A stretch of 64,000 nt of DNA, taken from a candidate division WOR-3 bacterium (GTDB lineage Bacteria > Hydrothermota > Tepidihabitantia > Tepidihabitantales > Tepidihabitantaceae). Below, piece by piece: positions 51,101 through 60,597 of this stretch (positions are counted from its first letter, which is position 1; each line of letters starts with the position of its first letter). The notes under the pieces are model-generated. The model saw only the letters and a list, made by a program, of their open reading frames with translations. It did no database searches and was not told the origin of the DNA. The stretch is from positions 32,001 to 96,000 of the forward strand of contig CBFGJV010000004.1 in assembly GCA_965649205.1 (NCBI GenBank). The letters run 5' to 3'. The position numbers and the translations under genes were made by a program.

Positions 51101-51416
51101 TCACAGCCTGCAGCCAACAGCCGGCCCAGAGCGATGGGTGGGAAGTTCGAAGTTCGCACCTCGAAGTTCGAAGTTCTGCCGAACCCGATAGCGGGCGGAT
51201 TCGCTACGCTCAGGGTGCAAGGGTGCAAGGGTTCAAGGGTACAAGTGAGGGCATATGACGCGGCAGGTCGGTGCGTGTTGAATCAGACGTATTCGCGTGC
51301 GGGCTGATGCGTCAGGTGTCATGCTTGACCTTCGGGCTCTGTCCAGCGGCGTGTATCTCGTGCGGTTGGATGCCGATGGTCTGACCGCTTCGCACAGGCT
51401 GGTGGTGACCAGGTAG
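39131..51416 (+). pseudogene. Disrupted giant (~4090 codon) secreted surface protein: beta-helix/adhesin-like repeats, CARDB domains, Kelch-like propeller and T9SS-like C-terminal domain
   Basis: GGAGG-ATG with a signal peptide. In-frame stops at 39248 (TGA), 39875 (TAG) and 43503 (TAA); frameshifts near 42378, 45980, 46496, 50937 and 51297. Consecutive fragments join into one coherent protein ending LSSGVYLVRL...HRLVVTR*. Confidence 0.88.
51142..51243 (+). repeat. Short tandem repeats inside the C-terminal coding region
   Basis: GAAGTTC-type 7-mer x5 (51142-51176, middle copy GCACCTC) and AGGGT(G/T/A)CA 8-mer x4 (51212-51243). Confidence 0.85.
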
Positions 51417-51447
51417 CAGATAGCACTTAGCAGTCCGTACACAGCAT

Positions 51448-51478
51448 AAAGGAGTGGACGTTCAGTCCGCTCCTTTTG
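51448..51478 (+). terminator. Intrinsic terminator after the giant gene
   Basis: AAAGGAGTGGAC-gttca-GTCCGCTCCTTTT. Confidence 0.75.
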
Positions 51479-51840
51479 CTCGTGGTATTGGCCTTATCAC
51501 ATCAGGGCGGACCTCAAACTGAGAGTAGGACTGGACAGTGGCGCGAAGAAATCTGGTGCCCACGCCGCGGAAGCACTGGGCATAGAAGCCCAGAAATAAG
51601 ACTGTGACGTTTCGTAGTCCGCGCCAAATCGAAAGTTGGAGATTTCGGAACACGGGCTGATTGAAAAGTAGAAAAGGGAAGCCTTTGTTGAGGTAACAGG
51701 CAAATACACCCTATTCGTGTTCCCCCTAGTTAGTGAGGTGCCACCTCTAAGCTTCTCCGAACCTGCACAGCCCTATGTGCTAGTCCGTCGATGTTCTGGA
51801 TTTGACTTGTTCTTCCCACGTTATATTATAAATTTATTGG

Positions 51841-51916
51841 GGGCCCGTAGTGTAGCCTGGTTTAACACGTCGCCCTGTCACGGCGAAGATCGCCAGTTCA
51901 AATCTGGTCGGGCCCG
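51841..51916 (+). tRNA. tRNA-Asp (GTC); CCA not encoded
   Basis: Acceptor stem GGGCCCG/CGGGCCC, D arm GTGT/ACAC, anticodon arm TCGCC-CTGTCAC-GGCGA, T arm GCCAG-TTCAAAT-CTGGT; upstream TTGACT-N16-TATTAT. Confidence 0.97.
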
Positions 51917-51946
51917 TTTTTCTAGCAATCGCCCGCAGACTACGTC

Positions 51947-52741
51947 ATGCTCACCGTGATAATGGCCGCGACCTTGACCTTCGCGGCCGTTTTTCCCAAA
52001 AACTACCATATGCTAGAGACGCGGACTCAGGCATTCACCCGCGCGCTAACTGCCGGCGATTCCAGAACCATATTCAATATGTTTGTTCCCCAATTTCAGG
52101 AAGAAATTGGCTTTGAGAGATTTGACTCAGCTCTCTCTGCTTGGTATGCCGGCCGTCGCATCGTCCGTGCCCGAAGCCTAGTTGTAAACATCACCGGACT
52201 GGGCGGACACGTTTCCACCTGGCCCTTCTTTGCAGGCAGACGTGATTATTCCTATTTGTACCAGAGTTGGTTGTTTACCGACCAGGGATGGAAGCTTGTC
52301 TGGCTGTCCCGCGTCCTCAATCAATCGCACCAGTATGGCCAGAGCGACACAATGGAAATGGGCAATGTGGTAGAAGCGGCTCTTACCTATCTATGTACTC
52401 CGGCGGGACTCAATGAACTACGGCGAGGCCTGCGTTTGCCCGACACGGTGGTTGTAGTCTGGCGCCTCCCTAAAAAGGGAAACCCTCTTCGCCTGCCCGG
52501 CCGCTCGGCAGTTATCTTTACGCCCTACCAGCTGCGCCAAGTCAGAAAAATCCCCGATGTTCCGATGTACTTCGAGATTGCGACCGTCAGAATTTTGGGC
52601 AACCTTGCTACCTGTGCTGTAGATTTGGTGCTATCTCCGCCGAACGAGCCCGGTCGCCCCAGGCGCTCGCTCGGCGTCCAACTTTACCTGGAAAAAAAGG
52701 CAGGAAATTGGCAGGTTCACTCTCGCGGCAGAAAATGGTAG
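51947..52741 (+). CDS. Exported hypothetical protein
   Basis: 264-aa open frame with a signal-like N-terminus; its stop overlaps the next gene's start. Confidence 0.7.
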   Translation: MLTVIMAATLTFAAVFPKNYHMLETRTQAFTRALTAGDSRTIFNMFVPQFQEEIGFERFDSALSAWYAGRRIVRARSLVVNITGLGGHVSTWPFFAGRRDYSYLYQSWLFTDQGWKLVWLSRVLNQSHQYGQSDTMEMGNVVEAALTYLCTPAGLNELRRGLRLPDTVVVVWRLPKKGNPLRLPGRSAVIFTPYQLRQVRKIPDVPMYFEIATVRILGNLATCAVDLVLSPPNEPGRPRRSLGVQLYLEKKAGNWQVHSRGRKW

Positions 52742-53169
52742 CCAAGTCCTCGTCCTCTTCTGTAATACGGATACTCTTCGCCTGTGTCGGAAATTCCTGC
52801 CGCAGCCAGATGGCCGAAGCCCTCTGCCGCCAACTTGGTAAAGACGTGGAGTGCACCTCTGCGGGTTCCGCTCCGGCTGACCGTGTGCAGCCAGATACGA
52901 TCAAAGTTATGCAAGAAGTCGGCTTGGACATTTCTAATGCCCGTCCGAAGGCGTTCTCCGATCTTCCAAATTTGCAATTCGACTATCTAGTCACTATGGG
53001 TTGTGAAGTCCACTGTCCGTTCCTACCCGGCGCGCGTCTCATTCAATGGCAGATACCAGACCCCTTCGGAAAAGGCATCGAAGAGTACAGAAAAGTGCGC
53101 GACACAATCCACGTGAAAGTACTTCAGCTTCTGATCTCTCTGAATAGGCTCAAACGCCTGCCAAGTTAA
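52735..53169 (+). CDS. arsC: Arsenate reductase / low-molecular-weight PTP family protein
   Basis: LFACVGNSCRSQMAE P-loop, TMGC...CP, W.IPDP, VRD.I. Confidence 0.85.
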   Translation: MVAKSSSSSVIRILFACVGNSCRSQMAEALCRQLGKDVECTSAGSAPADRVQPDTIKVMQEVGLDISNARPKAFSDLPNLQFDYLVTMGCEVHCPFLPGARLIQWQIPDPFGKGIEEYRKVRDTIHVKVLQLLISLNRLKRLPS

Positions 53170-53187
53170 ACGCCAGTCGGGTGCCGC

Positions 53188-54063
53188 CTACAGACCACGC
53201 AGATATTCTGGCTTGAAACGGCGATACATTATCGCTGCTTCCAACTCCGCAACAAGCCGCTCTTTATCCTTGGGTAGCCGACCTCCCAGTGGCACATAAT
53301 TTGATGCGTGGTTCGACCGGAACACGCTACCTTTTACATCTACTTGTTCCAGAAACACTTTCAGTTCCATAGCAAGCTCTTCTGGACTGGGCAACTGAAA
53401 CTCGCCCCGTTCTATCGCGGCAGCAAGCGGTGTACCTGGAATTACAGTCACGGTTAATGCTGAAAGATAATTCGGGTTCATCTGCGAAACAACCCGTGCA
53501 GACTCAACGGCGTGCTCTCGCCATAGCTTTCTACCTCCCAGCCCCAAAAGATATATTACCGAGGACTTCATTCCGCATTCCTGTGCTTTCTTTACCGCTT
53601 CCACCATCTCCCCAGCGCTCGCACCTTTCTCCATTCTTTTCAGAATCCGATCCGAACCCGACTCTAACCCTAGATAAAAAATACCAAGCTTATGCCGCAC
53701 CAGCTCCCGCAGTTCCGCCTCCGACTTCTTCAATATGTCGCGCGCGTTAGCATAAATGCCTACTCGCTGTAAATCGGGAAATCCTTCCTCTAGTGCCACC
53801 AGTATTTTCAGCAAATGCGCAGCGGGCAGCACCATCGCATCACCGTCACAGAGAAAAACTCGCTTGACAAGTCCGCTGCGCCCAATCCGTTCGGCAACCA
53901 GTTGTATATCCTCCAGCACCTCCTCCAACTTGCGCACGCGAAATCGCTTATCCCTGTACATGGCACAAAATGCACACCGATTGTGCGAACAACCAATAGT
54001 CGCCTGTAATAAAAGTGAATCGGCCTCAGACGGCGGACGGAAAATGTTTCCCTCGTAACGCAT
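53188..54063 (-). CDS. Radical SAM protein
   Basis: RPPSEA..LLLQATIGCSHNRCAFC (CxxxCxxC), GLESG, FRSNHASNY. Confidence 0.93.
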   Translation of the reverse strand: MRYEGNIFRPPSEADSLLLQATIGCSHNRCAFCAMYRDKRFRVRKLEEVLEDIQLVAERIGRSGLVKRVFLCDGDAMVLPAAHLLKILVALEEGFPDLQRVGIYANARDILKKSEAELRELVRHKLGIFYLGLESGSDRILKRMEKGASAGEMVEAVKKAQECGMKSSVIYLLGLGGRKLWREHAVESARVVSQMNPNYLSALTVTVIPGTPLAAAIERGEFQLPSPEELAMELKVFLEQVDVKGSVFRSNHASNYVPLGGRLPKDKERLVAELEAAIMYRRFKPEYLRGL

Positions 54064-54098
54064 GAAATACCTTCTCCGAAGTGCGCAACAGAAGCTGC

Positions 54099-56441
54099 CT
54101 ACGGCTGTTCACCTGGATTTTCTCCAGCATAAGACTCAATCACATATACTCCGATAATTCTTCCTGGATCTGACCCCAGATAGGTAAACCTGAGTCCTGC
54201 CGAAATATAGTTTTCTCCGTAGTCCATGTACCGCATAAACTCCGGATGCCACTCGCCAGTGCCGAACTCCCAGAAAGCTAGAGCAGGGAGAAAAACATTC
54301 ATCCCTTTTGCTTTTTTTCGCAGCTGTTTGTACAGGTCGTCATAAGAAATTATTTCACCTGGTAACCGGGAAATCACTCTGCGGGCCCGGTCGGTCAGAA
54401 AATCGGTCGGAAAGAAAATAAACTGCGGAGTCATTTTTAGGCCTCGCACTATGGCTGGTAGCACCGAATCCAACGCCGCAAAAAGTGGAGAATCTATCAG
54501 ATAGACACCGGCCACCCCAGCTTCGTCTAGTTCCACAAGCTTGAAACTCAATGCTCCCCAGGCGTAGTCCTCCGCCTCATCCATGTAACGCATATACTCA
54601 GGATGCTCCTCAGAAGTTCCAAAAGCCCAGAAGGCCAAAGCCGGCAGTCTCTGCATCAATTGTCTGCCACCTCTTCCTTTCACTACCTGATACAACTTCT
54701 GGTAGGGAACCACTTCATCGGCTAACGGTTGAACTACTTGTCTTGTCCACTCGTCCAGAAAGCTTGTCGGCCAGAAAACAGCCCTCCAGCGCTGCCGTGA
54801 CCTCTGTATCATCCTGTCTGCCAATGCCTGCAGACCATCGCCAAGCACTGGCATGGGAAATACGGCGATGTCTGAACCAAACAGTTTCACCCGCCCCGAA
54901 CGTGGCTGTGCTCTCAACCTGTAGGCAAGCCTGCTTCCCACGCCAATTGTAACCACGCACACCAACGAACCACGTTCCGCCTGATACGTTTCGCTGAGAC
55001 GAAAAAAATCCTCATCGAATTTCGCCCCCGAAAAATACCATCTGCCAATAGGACATACTAGATGATAACCACCGGCGTGTACTTCAAAAAACGCACTGTC
55101 CCCAGCCTCAAAGGGCACCTGGAACGTCTCGCCCAGGTAACGCTGTAGGATTATTTGAGTTCGCACATCAGTAAATACCAGCGAACCTTGTGGCACAGCC
55201 TCTCTCACAAATTCTATCGCCTGCACCAACGGCCCACGCGCTGCCCAGCGCCATCTACCCACCCCGCCTTGATCTGCCATATTGGCAACCACAAGGAGGG
55301 TCGCACTGCCAATAAACACCGGCCAGAAAAAGCGGCGGCTAACGTGAGCCAAGAAAATACCTATTCCTGCCGAGATGAAAATGACCAGAACAAAAACTTG
55401 GGAAATCTGTCCGTAACCCACAACTCCCAACATGGCGGCAAAAGCGAAAATGAAAAACGGGAGCAGTAAAAGCGCCGCATCCCCCTTTCTGCGTCCTTCT
55501 CTCCCGGTTGCCAACAGGAAAACGCCCGCCGCGAACAAACCCAGACTTATCCAAGCACTCTCCCGTGTCTGAAACAGCAACTCAAACGTTCTAAAAATCC
55601 CCATTAAAGTAAAAGTCACTATTCCGTCCCGCCCGAGCCGGAATTGGCCAACTGTCTGGTAAGGACGGACAATAATATACACAAGGAGAGACACCAATAG
55701 ACCGCTTCCTACTACCAATAGCGTTCTGTGTCCGCAAGTCTCTTTCCGTACCCTAAACAGTCCGTAGACCCCCAGGGCCAGGGCAACTGCCAAGCCGGCT
55801 TGATGAACCACTGTCCCCAACATGACAGCTAAACATACCAGCAGAGCTTTTCTTATCGAACCACTCTGCCAAGCTTCTTCCCCAAAATACAGCGCAGCTG
55901 CGACAAAAAGACAAAGGAAAGCGTGTGCCTGAACATCGCTCATACGTACTATCGCCTGAGGCAATAGTGCCAAAATGAGCGCACCCAATAAGGCAGCTGT
56001 TCGGCCAAATAGTTTCTGCATCCAGAGAAAGAAGAAAAACATCGCCATGCCGCTGGCCAGAAGAGAAGGCAGGCGCAGAAGAAAATCTCCCGACCATGGC
56101 CAGAGACGCAATAACAACTCATACAGTGGCTGCGGATTAGATGCTCCCGGAGCATAAACATTGCCAGCATAGGGAAGATGCACTGCCATCAGACGCAGTA
56201 TTTCATCCGAATTCAGATAGCTAATAACGGCATTCAGCACCCGCACAAGCAACCCAAGTGTCAAAATAACAATAGCTGCACCGGCGAAAACACTACTTTC
56301 TGTTTTGTCAGAAAAAGAACGAGCCTGGGCTTGGCGTACAGCTGCGTCCCCCCTTACCTGACCGGCATCTTCCCTACACGGAGCATCGAATGTTGTCTGC
56401 CGATCTTGGCCGGCCGTACCTCTTTCTTCAGAAGAGTTCAT
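54099..56441 (-). CDS. GT-C fold (ArnT/PMT-like) membrane glycosyltransferase with a duplicated C-terminal domain
   Basis: N-terminal TM then DE motif (YLNSDE), PLY..LL, LRLPSL, many TM helices. ATG 56441 lies 5 nt after a TTGACA-N17-CATAAT promoter. Confidence 0.8.
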   Translation of the reverse strand: MNSSEERGTAGQDRQTTFDAPCREDAGQVRGDAAVRQAQARSFSDKTESSVFAGAAIVILTLGLLVRVLNAVISYLNSDEILRLMAVHLPYAGNVYAPGASNPQPLYELLLRLWPWSGDFLLRLPSLLASGMAMFFFFLWMQKLFGRTAALLGALILALLPQAIVRMSDVQAHAFLCLFVAAALYFGEEAWQSGSIRKALLVCLAVMLGTVVHQAGLAVALALGVYGLFRVRKETCGHRTLLVVGSGLLVSLLVYIIVRPYQTVGQFRLGRDGIVTFTLMGIFRTFELLFQTRESAWISLGLFAAGVFLLATGREGRRKGDAALLLLPFFIFAFAAMLGVVGYGQISQVFVLVIFISAGIGIFLAHVSRRFFWPVFIGSATLLVVANMADQGGVGRWRWAARGPLVQAIEFVREAVPQGSLVFTDVRTQIILQRYLGETFQVPFEAGDSAFFEVHAGGYHLVCPIGRWYFSGAKFDEDFFRLSETYQAERGSLVCVVTIGVGSRLAYRLRAQPRSGRVKLFGSDIAVFPMPVLGDGLQALADRMIQRSRQRWRAVFWPTSFLDEWTRQVVQPLADEVVPYQKLYQVVKGRGGRQLMQRLPALAFWAFGTSEEHPEYMRYMDEAEDYAWGALSFKLVELDEAGVAGVYLIDSPLFAALDSVLPAIVRGLKMTPQFIFFPTDFLTDRARRVISRLPGEIISYDDLYKQLRKKAKGMNVFLPALAFWEFGTGEWHPEFMRYMDYGENYISAGLRFTYLGSDPGRIIGVYVIESYAGENPGEQP

Positions 56442-56545
56442 TACCAATTATGCTTTTTCAGTCTTCACATGTCAAAATGCGTAACTGAACTGCTCTTGAC
56501 AAGTAAAATGCTGATACTACACTGGCGCAAACCCGTTACTAAAGC

Positions 56546-58195
56546 ATGCCCCAAGGTTCCCAAAGCAGAATCAAGATTGACAGACTTTCACTCCTGGCCT
56601 TCGTATTTCTCGGCCTGACACTTATCTATGCACTGTCAACTCACCTCGCCAGTGAAGTAGTACCGGAAGATGACGCGTTCATCACTTACCGTTATGCCGA
56701 AAACCTGCGGGCCGGCAATGGGCCTGTATACAACCCGGGACAAAAAGTATTTGGCATATCCAGTCCGGCTTATTTGGCCTGGCTTGCTGGAATTGGAACC
56801 GTTTTCCCTCACGTTCCGATTCCCGATTTGGCTGTGCGTGCCAATGCCATTTTCTTCGTGGTGGCTGTAATAGCTCTTTACCTTCTTCTCCGACGTCTGG
56901 TGGGTTCTACTCCCATCGCCGCCAGTCTCGCCGGATTGTTTGCCTTGCGTCCCGATATGCTTCAGGCTTCTCTAGGCGGAATGGAGCCTTTCCTTTTCTC
57001 CGCAATCATGGCCCTTTCCCTCTGGGCAGTTTTTTCCGGTCGCCACAACCTAGCTGCCCTCTTGGCAGGCATTTCTATTCTCGTCCGGCCCGAAGGAGTC
57101 TTCTTGGCTGTGGCGGTATGCATAGCCTGGCTGCGTGCCGTACGTCCTCATCCTGCCACATTCTTCTGTTGCCTTCTCTTACCACCCCTGATCTGGATAA
57201 TATTCGGCTTTGCCTACTACGGCACGCCTATCTACCATTCTCTCATTGCCAAAGCCCGTCCCCTCTACGTACTGCCGGTTGGGCACGCCGCTGACCTAAC
57301 CATGAAGGAAATAGGATACTGGACTCTCGCTGGCTTCTTCAATAAGGAAACCGGCCTGATGCCACTCCTGCCCGGGGTATTGTTTTTTCTCGCGCTCGTC
57401 GCCGTCCGCTTCGCACGCTCAGTGCGCAACCATCCTGTTCTACCGCCGCCCGGTGCCAAACACCCCTTTTTCCCTTGGGATGTGCTGTTGCTTGTCTTTC
57501 TGCTGCTTTTCTACATATTGACCAACCCCTTGATGTTTGTCTGGTACTTTCCGCCTATCGCCATACTCTGGATGTGTACCACGGTAGCAAGCCTTCTAGG
57601 GCTCATCAGGCGCACCGACCCCACCCGACCCTGGAGAAAGTGGCTGCTCGTTCTCTTGCTCTTGGGAATTTTCCTCATTCCACCGCTGCGTCTATTTGTC
57701 TCCCAGCTACAAGCAAGCCGGTCCTGGCTCGAAATACCGCTGGACAAGAAGGCTTATCGGCTGCGAGTACATGCCTACCGCGCAGCTGCCGAATGGCTCA
57801 ACCCGCGTGTTCCGGCAGGAACGGTCCTGGCAGCTCCAGAAATAGGCGCACTCGGCTACTACTATCAACCCGGCATAGACCGTACCATATCCAAACGGTA
57901 CGCGCCAGGCCCGGTACTCGATGCCTGCGGTCTGGTTAGCCCCGAAGCCATTCCCTTTTTGCCCGTTCCTGAAGAAGAACGTAGCGGACCCGGCGCCATT
58001 CCCCGCGGTTTGATAAAACAAGAACGCCCCGATGTTGTCGTGACTATGGCTCGTTATGCTTACCTCAGCCTTTATCGCAGCCAGTGGTTTCAATCTACCT
58101 ACACCTTGGTTCATCAAGTGTCCATGGAAGAATCTCTTTGGGGATCAAAAACGGTCGAAATCTTTTTCCGCTCTGATCTCGTGGCGGAAGAATGA
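56546..58195 (+). CDS. GT-C-like polytopic membrane glycosyltransferase
   Basis: EDDAFITYRYAENL..G.G.VYN.G, GME, RPEG, EIGALGYY, LD..GL. Confidence 0.8.
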   Translation: MPQGSQSRIKIDRLSLLAFVFLGLTLIYALSTHLASEVVPEDDAFITYRYAENLRAGNGPVYNPGQKVFGISSPAYLAWLAGIGTVFPHVPIPDLAVRANAIFFVVAVIALYLLLRRLVGSTPIAASLAGLFALRPDMLQASLGGMEPFLFSAIMALSLWAVFSGRHNLAALLAGISILVRPEGVFLAVAVCIAWLRAVRPHPATFFCCLLLPPLIWIIFGFAYYGTPIYHSLIAKARPLYVLPVGHAADLTMKEIGYWTLAGFFNKETGLMPLLPGVLFFLALVAVRFARSVRNHPVLPPPGAKHPFFPWDVLLLVFLLLFYILTNPLMFVWYFPPIAILWMCTTVASLLGLIRRTDPTRPWRKWLLVLLLLGIFLIPPLRLFVSQLQASRSWLEIPLDKKAYRLRVHAYRAAAEWLNPRVPAGTVLAAPEIGALGYYYQPGIDRTISKRYAPGPVLDACGLVSPEAIPFLPVPEEERSGPGAIPRGLIKQERPDVVVTMARYAYLSLYRSQWFQSTYTLVHQVSMEESLWGSKTVEIFFRSDLVAEE

Positions 58196-59328
58196 AAAAA
58201 ATACTCATACTTGGCATCGGCGCGGCTCAAGTAGACGCGCTTCGTTGGTGCCGCGCGGCTGGGTTGGAAGTCCATGCCTGCGGTTTGTCAGAACAGGGCG
58301 CAGGCCGAAAACTGGCTGACCACTTTGCACTTATAGATATCAGAAATACGCAAGCTGTCGAAGAATACGCAAGGTCTCACACCATAGACCTGATCTATTC
58401 TGTCGGTTCAGACGTAGCCATGCCTACTGTGGCTAAAGTAAGTGAAAGCCTTGGATTGCCATCTCTTTTCCCTTCTACCTCCGCATTTATCTGTAACAAT
58501 AAACACCTCATGCGACAAACCCTTGGTTCCAGCTTTAGTGGTAATCTCCGTTACCGCGTAATTCGAGCGCTGGAAGATGCAGACCCATGGGACATCTTTC
58601 CCTGCGTGATGAAGCCCGTAGACAGCCAAGGGCAACGCGGTGTCGTGCTGCTACACAGCCCCCTGGATTTGAGAGAACATTTTTCCCGGACACTCAGTTT
58701 TTCGCCATCCGGGCAGGTCATTCTGGAAGAGTACGCCTCAGGGCCGGAGGTATCAGTTAATGTCTACTCAGTAGCTGGGCAAATAAAATTCTTGCAACTT
58801 ACCGATCGCATAGTGTTCCCAGAGTTTCCCGGCGGCATAGTGCGCGAGCACAGAATACCCGCTACCGTTTCTCCTGTCGTGGAAAACTCGGTATATGACC
58901 TCGTAAGGAGAGTTCTCAAAATAATAAGCATACCCAATGGTCCAGCCTACTTCCAAATCAAACTCACCGATACCGGCCCCAAACTGCTCGAGGTAACACC
59001 GAGACTAGACGGTTGCCACCTCTGGCGTCTCATCCGTGAATACTGCGGCATCGACCTGTTGGATTGCACTTTTCGCCATCTCCTTGGTCAACCCCTGCCT
59101 TCTTTCGAAAAAAAATCTAATGCAATTCCTCTGGCCTTAGTTTTTCCCTCGGGCCGCCCCGGAGAAAAGGTGAATCTATACTCTTACGATATTAACCACC
59201 CTATCTATCTGGAATGGTATTACGAACATGGAGAAACTATCAGGCCAATAAATGGAATTATGGAGAAGGTAGGCTACTTCATCCGGAGATTACCGCCGCA
59301 AACTGACAACAAAAGAAGTCAAATATGA
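58192..59328 (+). CDS. ATP-grasp domain protein (amino acid/amine ligase-like)
   Basis: ILILG....Q, NK..MR, FPCVMKPVDSQGQRGV, LEEY..G.EVSV, LEVTPRLDG. Confidence 0.9.
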   Translation: MKKILILGIGAAQVDALRWCRAAGLEVHACGLSEQGAGRKLADHFALIDIRNTQAVEEYARSHTIDLIYSVGSDVAMPTVAKVSESLGLPSLFPSTSAFICNNKHLMRQTLGSSFSGNLRYRVIRALEDADPWDIFPCVMKPVDSQGQRGVVLLHSPLDLREHFSRTLSFSPSGQVILEEYASGPEVSVNVYSVAGQIKFLQLTDRIVFPEFPGGIVREHRIPATVSPVVENSVYDLVRRVLKIISIPNGPAYFQIKLTDTGPKLLEVTPRLDGCHLWRLIREYCGIDLLDCTFRHLLGQPLPSFEKKSNAIPLALVFPSGRPGEKVNLYSYDINHPIYLEWYYEHGETIRPINGIMEKVGYFIRRLPPQTDNKRSQI

Positions 59329-60248
59329 AAATCGCCTTGGTCGGGGGCAGCGGTTTCATAGGTTCCTGGTTGGTACGCTGCAGCAATCCCGAAGACAGTT
59401 TTATTATCGTAGACCAGAATCCGCCACCAGCTGATATTGCGCAACAAGTGGAATACAGACCCGTAGACCTTCTTGCTGCCGTGAATGCTCCGTTTTCAGA
59501 TCTCTCAAACCAATTGCGTGGCGCAGAGGCGGTCGTACTGCTAGCAGCTCGCCGTCCACCTGCCAAGTGGTATCCGGAAGCACCTCGTGATTACCTAGAC
59601 AATCTGCGCATGGCCGTCAACGTAATGGAATCCTGCCGGCAACAGGGAATAGATAATGTAGTATTCACCTCCACCATTAGCGTCTACGGCCATCACAATA
59701 GAGTCCCCTATGATGAAACAGACCCGCCCCAGCCTGATAGTTACTACGGACTTTCCAAAGTAGCGGCTGAGCAGTTAGCCTTGTTTCTCAATCGTGAGAA
59801 AAATATGGCGATAAAGTGCCTAAGACTAGCACATCTCTTCGGGGTTGGCGAGCGGGAGGATTTTATGTTCATGAAATTCGTACGCGCCGCTTTCCACAAG
59901 AAAACATTATCAATTTGGGGTAGGGGGGAAGGTCGCAGAGAATATATTTACGTAAAAGACGTCGCGGACGCTATCCGCACCGCTCTGCATCACAGAAATC
60001 TGTCGGGTATCTATAATATCGGAACAGGCCAGAATGTATCACATCTCGAGCTGGCAGAACTTATCAATAGCGTCTTCGGTAACGAAGGCAATCTGGCCTT
60101 TCTCCAGAACAAGTCCGAAGACAAAGGCGTCGACGGCATGTTAATACGCAAAGCCGAAAGCATACTGGGTTGGCGACCACGTTGGCCTCTGCGGCAGGCG
60201 TTGGAAGATATACGTAAGGTTTTACAAGAACAGTCTGTACGTGACTGA
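59325..60248 (+). CDS. NAD-dependent epimerase/dehydratase
   Basis: GGSGFIG, STISVYG, YGLSK, REYIYVKD, YNIGTG. Confidence 0.93.
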   Translation: MKIALVGGSGFIGSWLVRCSNPEDSFIIVDQNPPPADIAQQVEYRPVDLLAAVNAPFSDLSNQLRGAEAVVLLAARRPPAKWYPEAPRDYLDNLRMAVNVMESCRQQGIDNVVFTSTISVYGHHNRVPYDETDPPQPDSYYGLSKVAAEQLALFLNREKNMAIKCLRLAHLFGVGEREDFMFMKFVRAAFHKKTLSIWGRGEGRREYIYVKDVADAIRTALHHRNLSGIYNIGTGQNVSHLELAELINSVFGNEGNLAFLQNKSEDKGVDGMLIRKAESILGWRPRWPLRQALEDIRKVLQEQSVRD

Positions 60249-60597
60249 CTTCACTGGTAGCGTTCGGCTCCGCGATATACTACTCCTGCACGCGTTGATT
60301 CTTCTCCATTCATCAGCTGGCATAATTGCCAAAACGCTTTCTTCCCATCGATTTCTCTCCCCCTCCTTTCTTTTACTTTACGCGCTGGAAATCTTCATCC
60401 TACTAGTCTACGCGTTCTTCTGGCAAAAGATACTGAAACGTTTCGAACTGTCTGTCGCATATGCCAACAACGGCATGTACATTGTGTGGACGCTGGTCTG
60501 GGCCGCACTATTCTTCGGCGAACGTATAAGACCAAACAATATCATAGGCGCTGCAGTGGTTATATCCGGCATTGTCGTATTATTCTGGAAAAAATGA
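60241..60597 (+). CDS. SMR/EamA-like small transporter subunit (ArnE/ArnF-like flippase)
   Basis: 4 TM helices; LKRFELSVAY, LFFGE.I, G..VV.SGI. Confidence 0.82.
   Translation: MTDFTGSVRLRDILLLHALILLHSSAGIIAKTLSSHRFLSPSFLLLYALEIFILLVYAFFWQKILKRFELSVAYANNGMYIVWTLVWAALFFGERIRPNNIIGAAVVISGIVVLFWKK

Noticed and set aside
51142..51243. Short repeats as a CRISPR array
   Set aside because: The units are 7-8 nt with no spacers, and there are no cas genes.
51480..51780. Short ORFs between the giant gene and the tRNA
   Set aside because: No convincing start, RBS or recognisable motif; at most a gene remnant.
51417..51916. tRNA-Asp as the integration site of an island carrying the giant gene
   Set aside because: No integrase, no duplicated tRNA 3' end found, and the gene lies 5' of the tRNA.
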